From Vulcanimicrobiota bacterium (GTDB lineage: Bacteria; Vulcanimicrobiota; Vulcanimicrobiia; Vulcanimicrobiales; Vulcanimicrobiaceae): a stretch of DNA of 64,000 nt. Shown here in pieces: positions 9,682-22,277 of the stretch (the first letter of the stretch is position 1; every line of letters begins with the position of its first letter). The notes under the pieces were generated by a model, which was not told where the DNA came from, searched no databases, and saw only the letters and a list, made by a program, of their open reading frames with translations. Position numbers and translations under genes: made by a program. The stretch is from the NCBI GenBank assembly GCA_963820825.1, contig CAWGBN010000006.1, positions 544,001 to 608,000 of the forward strand. The letters are read 5' to 3'.

Positions 9682-10604
9682 CGCGTGCCCCCTTCGGAGA
9701 GTGCGCCGGTGCGGCGCGGGGCAGCGTCGAGAACGGCGAAGACCGCGGCGACGAAAAAGGCCAAGAAGACCAGCGCGGCATTGACCGCATGCGCCTCGCG
9801 CAGGTCGGTCGGCAGTCGCAGCGCGACGTTGAGCAGCCCGAGCAGTACCTGCATCGCGACCAGCACGCTTCCGAGCGCAACGGCGACGCGCACGCGAACC
9901 GGAGCCGCGTAAGCCCAGGCGAGCGCCAGCGTCGCCGCAGCGCAGAGCAGCGTCGCTCCCGCCGCGAAACGGTGCAGCATCTGCACGAACTGACCGTGCG
10001 TGTAGACGACGACGTTACCGGCGCATCCCGGAATCGAAAGACAGGCGAGCCCCGCACCGCTCGAGCTGACGTATGCACCGATGCACATCGTGACGAACGC
10101 CACGCCGGCCGTGATGGCGAGCAACGACGTCATGAGCGGCGAGATCTCTGCCGTGCGCCTTGACGCATTCGCACTCGCGCCGGAGGCCGCAGCGAAGACG
10201 GCCATCGCGGAGAGCATCGCGATGAGCGCCATCGCGGTTGCCCAATGCGCCACGACCGAGAACGGGGTATTGGCGAGCCGCACGGTTTCGGCGCCGAGAA
10301 AGACCTGCAACAAAAAGACGATCGCGATCGCGGCCATCGTCGGAGCGATGAACGGCGAACGGCGTCGCTGTCGCCACGCGACGGCGATCAGCGCAAGCAC
10401 CAACGGCGCGACCGAAAACGCAAGCAGCCGGTGCGACCATTCCCAGAGCGTCCCATCCCCGAGCGGCGGGAGAAGGCGACCGTGGCAGAGCGGCCAGTCC
10501 GGGCAGGTGAGCCCTGCCCCGTTGATGCGCGTCCAGCTTCCGAGCATCAGCGTCAAGAGGGCGGCGACGTCGGCGGCGAGCGCGAGGCGCAGCAAATGCT
10601 TCAT
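9678..10604 (-). CDS. ctaA: Heme A synthase (COX15/CtaA)
   Basis: GLTCPDWPLCHG, EWSHR, MLHR and terminal H motifs. Confidence 0.92.
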   Translation of the reverse strand: MKHLLRLALAADVAALLTLMLGSWTRINGAGLTCPDWPLCHGRLLPPLGDGTLWEWSHRLLAFSVAPLVLALIAVAWRQRRRSPFIAPTMAAIAIVFLLQVFLGAETVRLANTPFSVVAHWATAMALIAMLSAMAVFAAASGASANASRRTAEISPLMTSLLAITAGVAFVTMCIGAYVSSSGAGLACLSIPGCAGNVVVYTHGQFVQMLHRFAAGATLLCAAATLALAWAYAAPVRVRVAVALGSVLVAMQVLLGLLNVALRLPTDLREAHAVNAALVFLAFFVAAVFAVLDAAPRRTGALSEGGTR

Positions 10605-10712
10605 GCCGTCCTCAGCGTACGTCGCTCGCGCCCCATGGGCAACTACATTTGGGAGGTAAGAATTTTGACGCCCTGGGGAGGCCGCCGGTTGGTGCGGGCG
10701 AAGCGGACCGCC

Positions 10713-11156
10713 GTGAAGCGCTGGTCGGCCCTGGCAGGTTTAACCCTGGGGCTCGTCTTGCTAGTCGGATGTCGCGAAGTTCGCGTGAATACGCTCGCAG
10801 CTGGTACAACCACCGTTCTCGGAGGGGACCAAATCCTTATAGTACGCGATGCCGCCACCCTGAGCAAGCTGGGGATTCGTGCGCCGGTGCACTACAAAAG
10901 CGAGTTCGGCGTCGTATTGCTCATGGGACCGCACGAGCGCACGGGCTACAAGCAGATCGTGGAGTCGATTCGCGCCAGCGCAGAGCGCGTACGCGTCGTC
11001 GCCTTCGAACAAGCTCCCGCCGACGGCGGCGAGCCGTCGCCGCAGTATCGAAGCTACACGCTTTGGATCGTGCCAAACAACGTTTACCGGCGCGGCGTTC
11101 GCGTCGAAGTCGTTACGCCGAGCGACGAACCGATCGCCTCGACGACTCTGCCGTAG
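10713..11156 (+). CDS. Lipoprotein, possibly PrcB C-terminal-like
   Basis: Lipobox LVGC; MGPHERTGYK segment. Confidence 0.6.
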   Translation: MKRWSALAGLTLGLVLLVGCREVRVNTLAAGTTTVLGGDQILIVRDAATLSKLGIRAPVHYKSEFGVVLLMGPHERTGYKQIVESIRASAERVRVVAFEQAPADGGEPSPQYRSYTLWIVPNNVYRRGVRVEVVTPSDEPIASTTLP

Positions 11157-11158
11157 CG

Positions 11159-12259
11159 ATGATCTCCGAACGTAAGCAGCCTTTCGCCGCCGAGCCGATC
11201 GAGGCGCTCGACGTCGCCGTCGAGCGCTTGAATTTTCTGCTCGAGCCGAACGGGGATCCGGCGGAGGCCGGCGGCATCTTGAATCCCGCCGCGACGCGCG
11301 ATTCGAAACAACGACTGGTACTCTATCCGCGCTGCGTTGCGGAAGGAAACATCTCGCGAATCGGAACGATTCGCTCGCGCGAGACGAAGGGCGGCGTCGC
11401 GCTGGAACGGCTCGGCTTCGCATTGGTGCCGGAAGCACCGTACGAGCTGCGTTCGCATCCCGGATACGGCTGCGAAGATCCGCGCGTGACCTACGTTCCG
11501 GCGCTCAAAGCGTACGTCATGGCCTACACGGCTTTCGGCCCCGACGGCCCGCGCATCGCACTGGCGATCTCCGAGGACGCCTATCGCTGGGAGCGGCTCG
11601 GTCTAGTTCGATTCGCCGGCAGCGCGAACGTCACCGGCGACGACAAAGACGCGGCATTCTTTCCCGAACCGGTGATCTCACCGAAAGGGAGGCGCTCTCT
11701 CGCCTTCTACCATCGCCCGATGTTGCATCTCTCGAGCGTCGACGGACGCGCCGCGATTCCGATGATCGAGCGCATGCCCTTCGAGGATCGCGAATCGATC
11801 CGCATCGCCTACGTTCCACTCAATCCGGCGTTGAAAGATCGCGCCAATCTCTGCAACGTCTCCGAGAGCGTCCAAGTGCTCTGCCCCGACGCGCAGTGGG
11901 GCTCGATCAAAATCGGCGCGGGAACGCCGCCGGTCCGCGTCGCGCTCGACGGCGTCGAGGGATGGCTATCGGTCTTTCACGGCGTCGATGCGATCAAAGG
12001 GAAACGCGGCCGCCCCGCGCTGCGCTACAGCGCCGGCATCGTCATTCACGATCTCGAGCGACCCGACCGGATTCTCTATCGTTCGCCCGAGCCGGTCATG
12101 ACGCCGCAGTCGCGCCACGAACTCCGCGGCGTCGTCGATAACGTCGTCTTCCCTAGCGGGATCGATCCGCGCCCCGATCTGGGAGAACGAACCTACGACG
12201 TCTATTACGGCATGGGCGATTATGCGATCGGCGCGGCCCGAATGCGGATTGATGCGTAG
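11159..12259 (+). CDS. GH130-like glycosidase/mannoside phosphorylase
   Basis: LNPAA, GCEDPRV, KDAAFFPE, GAGTPP, NVVFPSG, YYGMGD. Confidence 0.85.
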   Translation: MISERKQPFAAEPIEALDVAVERLNFLLEPNGDPAEAGGILNPAATRDSKQRLVLYPRCVAEGNISRIGTIRSRETKGGVALERLGFALVPEAPYELRSHPGYGCEDPRVTYVPALKAYVMAYTAFGPDGPRIALAISEDAYRWERLGLVRFAGSANVTGDDKDAAFFPEPVISPKGRRSLAFYHRPMLHLSSVDGRAAIPMIERMPFEDRESIRIAYVPLNPALKDRANLCNVSESVQVLCPDAQWGSIKIGAGTPPVRVALDGVEGWLSVFHGVDAIKGKRGRPALRYSAGIVIHDLERPDRILYRSPEPVMTPQSRHELRGVVDNVVFPSGIDPRPDLGERTYDVYYGMGDYAIGAARMRIDA

Positions 12260-12264
12260 CCGCC

Positions 12265-12747
12265 ATGGCTCGGTATCTCGCGCTCTCGGCAGCGATCGTC
12301 TTGGGAGTCGCGATCGTCGTCGCCGGTTGGGTGAATCGCGATCTGATCCGGATCAAGATCGCATCGGTCTACGCGCGCGTTCCCGCGAAGCCGGGCGCGG
12401 CGAATCCGAGGGCGCCGCAAACCGCGCACGCCCTCCAGGGTGACGCTCCGTGGGCGCTCTCGGCGCTCCCGGAATGCCTGAGCCAGACCTCCGAATCGAC
12501 CGGCTCGCAAGCCTACGTCCGCACGCATCTCCCGGCCGGCGCGGCGCGCGTCCGGCCGCCTGCGACGCTGGTTTACGGCGATTGCAGCATTCGTATCGCC
12601 GGCGACGAAGCATACGTGCAGCGGGGCGCCGACCGGCTGCGAATCCCGCCTCACGCGGTCTTTTATCGTGCGAACGGCGTCCTTGCGTTGATACGCGAGA
12701 CGCCCGGTGGCGCCGAACTGCGCGTCTACGAGCCGGCGCAACGATGA
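12265..12747 (+). CDS. Hypothetical membrane-anchored protein
   Basis: N-terminal TM; fits between neighbouring genes. Confidence 0.65.
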   Translation: MARYLALSAAIVLGVAIVVAGWVNRDLIRIKIASVYARVPAKPGAANPRAPQTAHALQGDAPWALSALPECLSQTSESTGSQAYVRTHLPAGAARVRPPATLVYGDCSIRIAGDEAYVQRGADRLRIPPHAVFYRANGVLALIRETPGGAELRVYEPAQR

Positions 12748-12762
12748 TGGAGTGGTTTCGAC

Positions 12763-14354
<1,592 letters not shown>

Positions 14355-14358
<4 letters not shown>

Positions 14359-14717
14359 GCGCCCGCAAAGCCGTCGGTCTGCTGATCGTTCTGCTGGCGG
14401 CGGGCTGTTCGTTCCAGAATCGCAACGAGCGCGAAGCCGACCGGATTACCCGCGCGGTCGTCGCCAACGACTTCAAGCCGGTCCAAAACGACGTGGCCAA
14501 GGGCATCGCGATTACCCGCGTGCAACTTGCCGAGTGGTCCGACGAGCTCGACGCGCAGGGCAAGCTCCTTTCGGTGAAGGAGACGACGGCGAACTGCTCG
14601 CCGGGCTGGCACTGCTTCGACGTGAAGTTTCAAAAGCACGAGTACGTTGAACGGATGCGCTTCGACGAGAACGGAAAGGTCGTCAACTGGGAATTTCACA
14701 TGGCACCGAAGCCGTAA
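14355..14717 (+). CDS. Small lipoprotein
   Basis: GTGA overlap with prfC; lipobox LAAGC. Confidence 0.75.
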
Positions 14718-15691
14718 CGCCTGCAGATATTCGCGCGGCGGCGGAGCGGCTCGCCGGCGTCGCACATCGGACACCGGTCATTACTTCGCGGACGCTCGAC
14801 GCGCGCTGCAAGGCGCAGGTCTTCGTCAAGTGCGAGAACCTTCAGCGCATGGGCGCCTTTAAATTTCGCGGCGCCTACAACTTCCTCTCCTCGCTGACTC
14901 CGGAGCAGCGCCGGTGCGGAGTCGTCGCCTTCTCGAGCGGCAATCACGCGCAGGGCGTCGCGCTGGCGGCGAGCCTGCTCGGCGTTCCTGCGACGATCGT
15001 GATGCCGTACGATGCACCGGAGGTCAAGCTCGCCGCGACGCGCGAGTACGGCGCGCAGATCGTCTTTTACGAACGCGAGCGTGCGGACCGCGAAGAGATC
15101 GCACGAGCCATCGCCGCGCAGAGCGGCGCCGCGCTCGTTCCGCCGTTCGACGATGCGCGCATCGTCGCCGGCGCCGCAACGGCGGGGTTGGAACTGCTCG
15201 AAGATGCGAATCCGCTCGATGCGGTCGTCGTTCCGGTCGGCGGCGGCGGACTGATGGCCGGAACGGCGATTGCCGCCCATGCCGTCGATCCGGCGATTGC
15301 GATTTACGGTGTCGAGCCGCAGCGCGGCGACGACTTCGCGCAGTCGCTCGCGCGGGGCGAGCGGGTAACGATCCCCGTCCCGGTCACGATCGCCGACGGT
15401 CTGCGGACCACCTCGCCGGGCGAGCTGACCTTCGCGATCGCGCGCGAGCACACGCGCGCCGTCGTGACGGTCTCCGACGACGAGCTGCGCGATGCGATGC
15501 GCTTCGCGTTCGAACGAATGAAGCTGGTCGTCGAGCCGAGCGGTGCGGCGGGACTCGCCGCGCTCGTGCATCGGCGCATCCCCGATGTCGAAGGCAAGCG
15601 CGTCGGCGTCGTGATTAGTGGCGGGAACGTCGACGCCGAACGCTACGCGCGGCTACTTCGCGATGTCGCCACAGGAGACGTACTTGCCTAG
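14714..15691 (+). CDS. PLP-dependent threonine/serine dehydratase family protein (start codon uncertain)
   Basis: HRTPV...KCENLQRMGAFK, SSGNHAQG, VPVGGGGL, SGGN; frame is open upstream of ATG 14849. Confidence 0.9.
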   Translation, partial: VTPADIRAAAERLAGVAHRTPVITSRTLDARCKAQVFVKCENLQRMGAFKFRGAYNFLSSLTPEQRRCGVVAFSSGNHAQGVALAASLLGVPATIVMPYDAPEVKLAATREYGAQIVFYERERADREEIARAIAAQSGAALVPPFDDARIVAGAATAGLELLEDANPLDAVVVPVGGGGLMAGTAIAAHAVDPAIAIYGVEPQRGDDFAQSLARGERVTIPVPVTIADGLRTTSPGELTFAIAREHTRAVVTVSDDELRDAMRFAFERMKLVVEPSGAAGLAALVHRRIPDVEGKRVGVVISGGNVDAERYARLLRDVATGDVLA

Positions 15692-16060
15692 GTTCTCCGC
15701 GCTTTCGTGGACGTTGATTGCGTACGGACCGGCGAGCAGCTGATCGATCGTAAGGTTCTTGACGGTCGTGGTCGACTTGCCGTCGACGACGTTGGTGAGC
15801 GCATAGGCGACGCCTTTGATGTCCGCGCACGAGCCGTCGTGAATGTGCGCCGGCTGCGGCGTGGTCGCCGGTGCGCCGGTGAGTGCGATCACCACCTCGA
15901 CGTCGCTTCCCATCGGGGTCAGCGTCGCGGTGCCGATCTCGCCCGAGCCGTTCTGCGCGTTCATAGTGACGGTGACGCCAGAGGTTGCGGCCGACGCCGT
16001 CGAGAGTGCGCCGGCAAGCACCAGTGCGAGGGATCCGAAGAACAACGTGAATCTCTTCAT
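15653..16060 (-). CDS. Secreted CHRD/Cu-Zn-SOD-like small protein
   Basis: Signal peptide; QPAHIHDGSC and YAINVH motifs; AGGAG RBS. Confidence 0.7.
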   Translation of the reverse strand: MKRFTLFFGSLALVLAGALSTASAATSGVTVTMNAQNGSGEIGTATLTPMGSDVEVVIALTGAPATTPQPAHIHDGSCADIKGVAYALTNVVDGKSTTTVKNLTIDQLLAGPYAINVHESAENLGKYVSCGDIAK

Positions 16061-16830
16061 GCAAGCTCCTTTTACGAAGATGGATTATGGGCTGGGTGCT
16101 TTCGCGCCCTCGAGCGCTCGGACCGCTTCGAGCGCCTGTGCCGTCGGCTGCGCATCGGCGCCGTCGACGATATCGAGTAAGGTTGCGGCCTCTCCGTTCG
16201 TCCGCGAGAATGCCGCGGCGCGTTTCTCGTCGCGGGCAGCCTTCGCCGCGGCTGCACCCGCGAAGCTGCTATCCATGAGTGCGGCCAGCTCGGCCGCAAC
16301 CCGGTGCTGTTCGCGCAATGCCGCCGGTGAGATCGTCACCCGAGGATCCATCGCGACGGTAAACGTCTGCGCGAAGGTCTTGCCGTCGACGTCGAGACGC
16401 GCGGTGTAACGCCCCGGAACGACGAGCGGGCCCTGCGGCGTTCGCGGCGTATCGTGCGGCACCGCCGAGATCGGCAGATCCTGTTGGAGCGCGTGCGGCG
16501 ATGGCTCGCGCAAGTCCCAGACGAAGCGATGCATTCCGATACTCGCCGGCGGCCGCACGGACGGGCGCTCCCAGTAGGCCGGCTTGTCAAGGTTCGGAAT
16601 CGGCGCCGGCACCGGATCGTCGCTGGCATACTTGCGCACCTCGCGACCCGCGCTGTCGTAGATCGTGATGATGACCCGCGCAGCGGTTGAGGCGAGCGAG
16701 TAATCGACGATCGCTCCGTCGGGCGGATTCTGGCCGGTCGGCTCTTCGGGCGGCAGCGGCGTGTCGGGGTTCGTGCTTCGCCGCACGCGATAGGTAAGCG
16801 CCGGCGCAAAGAGATGCGTTGCCATCACCG

Positions 16831-16854
16831 TGTCACCCTGAGCCTGCCGAAGGG
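16831..16854 (-). repeat. REP-like repeat inside CDS (CCCTTCGGCAGGCTCAGGGTGACA)
   Basis: Similar to copies at 17280, 40153 and 51007; translates as LRQAQGD. Confidence 0.7.
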
Positions 16855-17279
16855 CGAGCTCGCGCAACGGTTCGACGTCGTCGAGAATCCAGAAACCTCG
16901 CCCGTGCGTCGCGACGATGAGGTCGTTGCCGTGGACGATGACGTCGCGCGCCGACGTGTGCGGCAAGTTGAGCTGAAGCGACTGCCAGTGCGCGCCAGCG
17001 TCGAACGAAACCTCGACGCCGTTCTCGGTCGCAGCGTAGAGCAGACGCGCTTCGACCGGATCCTGCCGCACGGCGTTCACCGGCTGGTTCGGCAGCCCGT
17101 CGACGATGAGTCTCCAGCTCGCGCCGCCGTCGCGCGTCACGTAGACGTACGGTCGCAGATCGTCGAGCCGGAACCGGTTGACGGCGACGAACGCGGTATC
17201 GCCGTCGAAGTGCGAGGCGTCGATTTGCGCGACCTTACTCCACGGCGTCAGCTCCGGCGGCGTAACGTTCTTCCAATGA

Positions 17280-17303
17280 GCCTGTCGCGAGCCTGACGAT
17301 GGA
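17280..17303 (-). repeat. Degenerate REP-like repeat inside CDS
   Basis: TCCATCGTCAGGCTCGCGACAGGC interrupts a TRD...W Asp-box. Confidence 0.5.
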
Positions 17304-19115
17304 TGCGTCGCGCGTGATCCACACGAGTCCGTCGTCGGTTCCGGCCCAAATCGTCCCGCGGCGCACCGGTGAGGGCGCGAGCGCGTAGACGACGCCGCGA
17401 TGCGCGCCGTGCTGCGGATCGTCGCTTTCGAACGTGCCGAGCACGGAGGGTACGCCCGGAGTCTTGCGCGTCAGATCGAGACTGACCGCGCGCCAGCTCT
17501 GACCGCCGTCGGTCGTCGCGAAGACGACGTTCGATCCAAAGTAGAGACGGCGCTGATCGAACGGGTCGAAGGCCAGGGGTTCGGTGCGGACGACGCGGCG
17601 GTCTTTCGAGCGAAATACGATCGGCGAAACTTCTTGCGCTTGGCCCGTGTGCTCGCTGAACTTCTCGACCTTTCCGCCGAAGAAGACGCCGGGGTGCAGC
17701 GGATCGGGGACGACGTAGCCGTACTCTTCGGCACCGACCGGATGCCAGTCGCGTTCGGTCGTCTCTCCCCAATCGCCGCGGCTGCGCACGCATGCCGAGC
17801 CGCTCTCCTGTTGTCCGCCGCAGACCCAATACGGAAAACGATGGTCGGCATTGACGTGATACATCTGCGCGGTCGGCTGGTTGTACCACGAACTCCACGT
17901 CGCGCCGCCGTCGACCGAGATCGCCGCACCTTGATCGGCCGCAAGGGCGACGATCCTCGGATCGCGCGGATTGATCCAGACGTTATGATAGTCGTCGCCG
18001 CCGGGAGCGCCTTTGATCGGAACCAGCGTCTTCCCGCCGTCGGTCGAGCGGTAGGTCGAGGTGTTCGTCAGATAGACCGTCTGCGGATTGGCCGGATCGA
18101 CGGCGAGCGAAACGAGATCGTTCCCGCGCTGCGCAATCTCGTCGGCATCGTTGACGCGGGTGAAGTGCGTGCCGGCGTCGTCGCTCCGGTAGAGGGCGCC
18201 GGAGTCGTCGCCGTTCGCCTCCACATCGGCATAGACGTAGACGACGTTCGAATCGCTTGGTGCTACGGTAACTTCGGTGCGTCCGATTCTCGCCGGCAAT
18301 CCGGAAGTCAACTGCGTCCACGTCGCGCCGCCGTCGCTCGACTTGAAGAGGCCGCTGCCGGCAATTTCAAACGATCCGCCGATCTCCCACGGCGCCTGTC
18401 GCGCCGCCCAGAGCGTTGCGTAAACGGTCTTCGGGATCGCGCGGATCGAGCACTACGTCGAAGCCGCCGGTATCCTCGTTTTTATAGAGCACCCGTTGGA
18501 ACGTCGCGCCGCCGTCGAGCGTGCGATAGATGCCGCGCTCGGCATTCGGGCCGTACGGGTGACCGAGTACCGCGACGAAGAGCCGCTTTGGGTCGGTGGG
18601 ATCGATGGCCATCGAGGCGATCTGCTGCCCGTCGCGCAGACCCAGATGCGTCCAGGTCGTGCCGCCGTCGGTCGACTTGTAGATGCCGTCGCCGACCGCG
18701 AGATCGGGGCGCTGCAAGCCTTCGCCGCTTCCCGCGTAGACGATTTGCGGGTTGCTTGGTGCGACGGCCAGCGCGCCGATCGACCCGGTCGGCTCGCGAT
18801 CGAAGATCGGAACCCAGGTGCGCCCGGCGTTGTCGCTCTTCCAGATTCCGCCGTTGACCGCGGCAATGTAGAAGAGGTTCGGCTGATTCGCGACGCCGTC
18901 GAGCGCGACGGTGCGTCCTCCGCGCATCGGCCCGACGAATCGCCAGCGCAACCCTTGATAGAGCGACGGCGAGAGCGTTTGCGCCGGCGCCGGGATTGGA
19001 GCCGCGGTAAAGCTGAGGACGGTGCACCCCAGAGTACATGCAAGAAGATGACGCATGCCGGGCTGCTTACGACGCGATTTTTCGGTAATCCGCTTGTCGC
19101 GCCAACGCCTGCTGA

Positions 19116-19802
19116 TTATCGCCGGCGTTTGCCGTTGCGAGCCATTCCACGCCGCTTCGGTTGGAAGGGCGCACCGATCTTCCAATTCGTCTTACGCGGC
19201 AGCGACGTGTCGACGTCGTCGCAGCCGATTGGGGTGAACTCGCGGCAATCGCCGGGGCGTGCCTCATAGATGCCGCAGTAGTAACGCCCGCTGCGAGATC
19301 CCATCAAGAAGACGCATTGGTCGGAGATGTCGTCTCCGACTTTGCGCAGCCAGCCGACGTGATATCCGTCGGCCGAGCGGCGCTCGACGACGTACCGGCT
19401 CATCGTCTCTGCGTAACTCATTCCCAGATGATCGGCGATCCGCTGCACGTCGGCCTTGCTGACGAACGGCTCGTACCCGCTGCAGCACTCCGCGCAGCCG
19501 GGCGGGCAGGCGACGTTGTCCGGCATATCCTTTAGATTGGCGCGCGCGAGATCGATGACGCGCCCGATCGCAGCGACGAAGGTCGGGTCGTCGTTATACT
19601 TGTAGACCCATTCCCGTTTGGTGATTTCGTTGGTGTTGTAATAGCGCGACGTCTTTTCGTCGAACTCGATCGTAATGTGCTCTTCGTCGATTTCGATGCG
19701 GTTGACGTGTTCGAGCGGCCGGGCATCGAGCAGCTCGGGGTGCGTCGGCTCTCCGGTCCGTCGCGAATAGTTGCGTAAATTGATGAGGTCAATCGTCTCC
19801 AT
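19116..19802 (-). CDS. YkgJ-family cysteine-cluster protein
   Basis: CPPGCAECC, CVFL, CGIYEARPGDC. Confidence 0.85.
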   Translation of the reverse strand: METIDLINLRNYSRRTGEPTHPELLDARPLEHVNRIEIDEEHITIEFDEKTSRYYNTNEITKREWVYKYNDDPTFVAAIGRVIDLARANLKDMPDNVACPPGCAECCSGYEPFVSKADVQRIADHLGMSYAETMSRYVVERRSADGYHVGWLRKVGDDISDQCVFLMGSRSGRYYCGIYEARPGDCREFTPIGCDDVDTSLPRKTNWKIGAPFQPKRRGMARNGKRRR

Positions 19803-19865
19803 AACGAGTCTTCGATTCCCGTGTCTTGCGGGTGCCGCCTTCGCGAAGCGCCAAAGATAATGCCC

Positions 19866-20828
19866 ATGCAAACGGCTATCGGCGTCGACCTCGGCGGTTC
19901 TCACGTGACCGCAGCGGTGGTCACGGAGGACGGGGCAATCCACCGCCAGCATGAAGAAGATCTCGAAGACCTTCAATTCGAGGCGGTGGTCGCAGCGCTC
20001 GAGACCACGATCGGCATGGCGCTCAAGGATGCCGGCAACGTCGTCGGCATCGGCATCGGCTCGCCGGGAAACATTGACGCGGCCACCGGTTCGGTGCTCT
20101 ACAGCCCAAACTTCGGCTGGAAGGACGTGCCGCTCGGCGAGACGCTGCGCAAAAAGTTTGGAATTCCCGTCTATGTGGCAAACGATGCACGTTGTGCCAC
20201 GCTGGGCGAGTACATGCACGGGACGGGCAAGCTCACGAAGGACTTCGTCCTCTTGACGCTCGGAACGGGGATCGGCGGCGGGATCGTCGCCGGCGGTGAA
20301 CTCCTGCTCGGTCACAAGTGGGGTGCCGGCGAGGTCGGTCACCATCAAATCCGACCGACCGACGGGTTCGTTTGCAGTTGCGGAAAGATCGGCTGCTTCG
20401 AGGCACAGGCCTCGGGCACCGGGCTCATCCGGCACGCCTTTGCCGTCGCGCCCTCCTTTCCGCGCAGCGGTCTGCTCGACGTGGCGCGCGATAAGCTCAG
20501 CTCGAAGAAGATTCGCCGCGCCGCCCAGGCCGGCGACGGTCACGCGCTGGCGGCGTGGAAGAACTTTATCGCGGATCTGTCGATCGGCCTAGCCAATACC
20601 ATCGCCTTCGTCAACCCGGAGCGGATCGCGCTGGGTGGCGGCGTGTCGAGTGCCGGCGACTTTATGCTCGACGCGGTTCGTCCGCAGGTCGACGCTTTAA
20701 CGACGATGGTGCCGAAGGGGACGACCGACATCGTCGTCGCCTCGCTCGGCAACGATGCCGGTCAAGTCGGAGCGGCGGCGGTCGCGTTTCGCGGCGGCTT
20801 GGCCGCGGGCGTTACGGTTGCGGTATAA
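19866..20828 (+). CDS. ROK family sugar kinase
   Basis: [35 protein letters not shown]; alternative ATG at 19860. Confidence 0.93.
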   Translation: MQTAIGVDLGGSHVTAAVVTEDGAIHRQHEEDLEDLQFEAVVAALETTIGMALKDAGNVVGIGIGSPGNIDAATGSVLYSPNFGWKDVPLGETLRKKFGIPVYVANDARCATLGEYMHGTGKLTKDFVLLTLGTGIGGGIVAGGELLLGHKWGAGEVGHHQIRPTDGFVCSCGKIGCFEAQASGTGLIRHAFAVAPSFPRSGLLDVARDKLSSKKIRRAAQAGDGHALAAWKNFIADLSIGLANTIAFVNPERIALGGGVSSAGDFMLDAVRPQVDALTTMVPKGTTDIVVASLGNDAGQVGAAAVAFRGGLAAGVTVAV

Positions 20829-22218
20829 CGCCCTCGCGGTTGTCGTCCTTCTCGCGGCGATCGCAGGATCGCCCGCCCGATCGCAGAGCGGCGATCCGAT
20901 TCACAAGATTCACCACGTCGTCATCATCATGCAAGAGAACCGTTCCTTCGATTCGTACTTTGGAACGTTTCCGGGCGCCGACGGCATTCCGATGCGCGAC
21001 GGCGTGCCGTCCGTCTGCGCGCCCGATCCGCAGCAGAACAACTGCGTGCGCCCGTTTCACGATACGAACGATCGAAACGGCGGAGGGCCGCACAACGCCA
21101 ACTCCGCCGTCGACGACATCGACGGCGGACGAATGGATGGATTCATCACCACCGCGCAACGGCGGACGAATCGCCGCTGCGGCGGAGTGAATCCCAACTG
21201 CGGCGGCGGCAGCGACGTCATGGGATACCACGACGGACACGAGCTCGCCAACTATTGGAAGTACGCACGCGATTTCGTGCTGCAAGACCATCTCTTCGAG
21301 CCGAACGCCTCATGGAGTCTGCCGCAGCATCTCTTTATGGTCTCGGAATGGTCGGCGTGGTGCAAGAAGATCGGCGAACCGATGAGCTGCGTCAACGAGC
21401 TCGAGGCACCCGACTTTCCGCCGGACTTCCGGTCGCGCGGCGCGCGATTCAAACCGCCCGCGCCCGGCCGCCCCGATTATGCGTGGACCGACCTGACGTA
21501 TCTTCTGCACGCGCATCACGTGAGCTGGGGCTACTACGTGATGGCCGGCGACCAGCCCGACTGTGCGAATAACTTAGACGACTGCGGTCCGGTCCAGCAG
21601 AAAGCGCATACGCCGGGCATTTGGAACCCGCTGCCCTATTTCGATACGGTCAAGCGCGACGGCGAGCTCGGCAATATTCGCGATCTGCGCGATTTCTACG
21701 CCGCGGCTCGCAACGGAACGTTGCCCAGCGTCGTCTGGCTGACGCCGGCCGGGCCGTATAGCGAACATCCGCCCGCGCTGGTCAGCCGCGGTCAGGCGTA
21801 CGTCACCGGCGTGATCAACGCGATCATGCGCGGCCCCGATTGGAAGAGCACGGCGATCTTTCTCACCTGGGACGATTGGGGCGGGTTCTACGATCACGTC
21901 GCGCCGCCGAGCGTCGACGAGAACGGCTACGGCTTGCGGGTGCCCGCGATGGTGATCAGCCCGTACGCACGCCGCGGTTTCATCGATCACCAAACGCTCA
22001 GCCACGACGCCTACAACAAGTTCATCGAAGACGACTTTCTCGGCGGCGCCCGGATCGATCCGAAGACCGACGGCCGGCCGGATCAACGGCCGACGGTCCG
22101 CGAGAGCGTCCCGATCCTAGGCGACCTGCGCCGCGACTTCGATTTCAATCAGCCGCCGCGACCGCCGGAAATTCTGCCGGGCGGAATCGTTTGGAACGGA
22201 GAGCCGCCGCCTCGATAG
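20818..22218 (+). CDS. Secreted phosphoesterase (phospholipase C/acid phosphatase family)
   Basis: [39 protein letters not shown]; start approximate. Confidence 0.9.
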   Translation: MRYNALAVVVLLAAIAGSPARSQSGDPIHKIHHVVIIMQENRSFDSYFGTFPGADGIPMRDGVPSVCAPDPQQNNCVRPFHDTNDRNGGGPHNANSAVDDIDGGRMDGFITTAQRRTNRRCGGVNPNCGGGSDVMGYHDGHELANYWKYARDFVLQDHLFEPNASWSLPQHLFMVSEWSAWCKKIGEPMSCVNELEAPDFPPDFRSRGARFKPPAPGRPDYAWTDLTYLLHAHHVSWGYYVMAGDQPDCANNLDDCGPVQQKAHTPGIWNPLPYFDTVKRDGELGNIRDLRDFYAAARNGTLPSVVWLTPAGPYSEHPPALVSRGQAYVTGVINAIMRGPDWKSTAIFLTWDDWGGFYDHVAPPSVDENGYGLRVPAMVISPYARRGFIDHQTLSHDAYNKFIEDDFLGGARIDPKTDGRPDQRPTVRESVPILGDLRRDFDFNQPPRPPEILPGGIVWNGEPPPR

Positions 22219-22277
22219 CTACCTAAACGCGCTGCGCCGGGGACGCTCGGTGTGGCGGCACGAAGGTAACGAGCGCC

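Larger units (their letters stand above)
16085..19056 (-). pseudogene. VPS10/BNR-repeat secreted glycosyl hydrolase-like protein with two +1 frameshifts (probably assembly errors)
   Basis: Signal peptide, WRFVGPMRGGR and many SxDGGxTW Asp-boxes over three consecutive frames; shifts near 18434 and 17280. Confidence 0.85.

Noticed and set aside
7466..10078. 870-aa ORF as a giant MFS fusion
   Set aside because: The upstream half is an off-frame shadow of ctaA/ctaB; the MFS starts at 8809
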